A stretch of 64,000 bases of DNA from Vicinamibacterales bacterium. GTDB taxonomy: Bacteria; Acidobacteriota; Vicinamibacteria; Vicinamibacterales; 2-12-FULL-66-21. Shown here one piece after another: positions 63,207 to 64,000 of the stretch. The stretch is from NCBI GenBank assembly GCA_049642465.1, contig JBAROV010000050.1, forward strand, positions 6,857 through 70,856. Reading direction: 5' to 3'. The notes below the pieces were generated by a model. It was given only the letters and a program-made list of their open reading frames with translations, was not told where the DNA came from and searched no databases. How positions within the stretch are numbered: the stretch's first letter is position 1; every line of letters begins with the position of its first letter. The position numbers and the translations under genes were made by a program.

Positions 63207-63905
63207 GTGTCAGTACTGAACGTCGACGATAACGCGCCGTCGCGTTTTCTGCGTTCCCGTATCCTCGAACGCGCCGGCTACGAGGTGAGAGAAGCGGAAA
63301 ACGCCGAACAGGCTATTGCGAGCTGCCTTTCCGGCAAGCCACCAGAGTTGATTCTGCTCGATGTGGCGCTTCCGGACTCGGACGGCTTCACCGTCTGCGA
63401 GCGCGTCAAAGCGGCGGGCGGACAGATTCCGATCGTAATGATTACCTCGGTCTATCGCAGCGCCCAGGCGCGTCGCGACGGATTCGCCGCTGGAGCCGAC
63501 GAGTACCTCCTCGAACCGATCGAGCCCGATCACCTCGTTGCGTCCGTACGCCGCTTCCTCGACCCTTCGCGCCGGGGCGAAGTGTCGCCTCCCGCCACGA
63601 TCATTACGGATGCGACGGGACAGATTCTGTCCGCGAATGCGGCCGCTGGACGATTGCTGAATCTCTCCACGCGCGGGATGACCGATAGGTCGCTCCTCAC
63701 ATTCTTTGCCGCCGCGCGCGATCGCGTCAGCGCGCATATGCGGCGTGCGCTGCAGGGTCAGATCGTCCAGGAACAGGCGAGCATTCGTCCCAGGGACCGT
63801 AAGCCATTCGACGTGCGCATCGACGTCAGTGCGACGCCCTTCGAGCAGGGTGGCGAGCTGGAATGGCGGATCGAACCGATCAACATCTACACGTCTCAAA
63901 ACTGA
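63207..63905 (+). CDS. response regulator receiver + PAS-like C-terminal domain
   Basis: GTG 63207. VLNVDDN...LILLDVALPDSDG...IVMITS, then ITDATGQILSANAAAGRLLN. Confidence 0.75.
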   Translation: MSVLNVDDNAPSRFLRSRILERAGYEVREAENAEQAIASCLSGKPPELILLDVALPDSDGFTVCERVKAAGGQIPIVMITSVYRSAQARRDGFAAGADEYLLEPIEPDHLVASVRRFLDPSRRGEVSPPATIITDATGQILSANAAAGRLLNLSTRGMTDRSLLTFFAAARDRVSAHMRRALQGQIVQEQASIRPRDRKPFDVRIDVSATPFEQGGELEWRIEPINIYTSQN

Positions 63906-64000
63906 TCCGGCCTTCGGCAGGCCGACGTTGTCATACCGCTTCGCACCGTTTGCTGCGCTAGTACTGACGGTCCTGTCCGCCGCGATCATGCCGGCCCAGG

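Overview
High-GC bacterial chromosome segment. PEP-CTERM proteins, Tat-signal Gfo/Idh/MocA oxidoreductases and an ECF/anti-sigma pair suggest an Acidobacteriota-like soil organism; that taxon is inference only. Layout: (1) 1-5.4 kb, periplasmic oxidoreductase/ApbE/DoxX cluster. (2) 5.4-6.4 kb, gene-decay zone. (3) 6.6-14.7 kb, minus-strand ECF sigma / anti-sigma / double ABC transporter operon, with a duplicated 38-bp leader element and a 23-bp perfect hairpin. (4) 15.1-17.8 kb, large repeat-rich secreted protein. (5) 17.9-25.8 kb, amidohydrolase, PEP-CTERM protein, ADP-ribosylglycohydrolase, two tRNA-Arg, ferredoxin and Ku/LigD. (6) 25.9-31.5 kb, glycan-modification cluster. (7) 31.4-52.2 kb, a ~20.7 kb integrative island inserted in tRNA-His and bounded by 47-bp direct repeats. 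(8) 52.3-60.2 kb, RsbR/S/T stressosome module wired to two histidine kinases, a SpoIIE phosphatase and a GGDEF cyclase. (9) 60-64 kb, phosphoesterases and a response regulator. The island has an integrase, excisionase, HTH switch with twin consensus promoters, a P-loop replication-like gene and tail-fibre-like remnants. The best candidates for an undescribed system are in its visibly AT-richer cargo (41-48.5 kb): a convergent pair of restriction-endonuclease-fold genes with unassigned partner domains, and a nucleotide-cyclase-fold gene tail-to-tail with an RNxxxH (HEPN-like) gene. All functional calls rest on motifs read by eye from the supplied translations. No database search, GC calculation or structure prediction was run.
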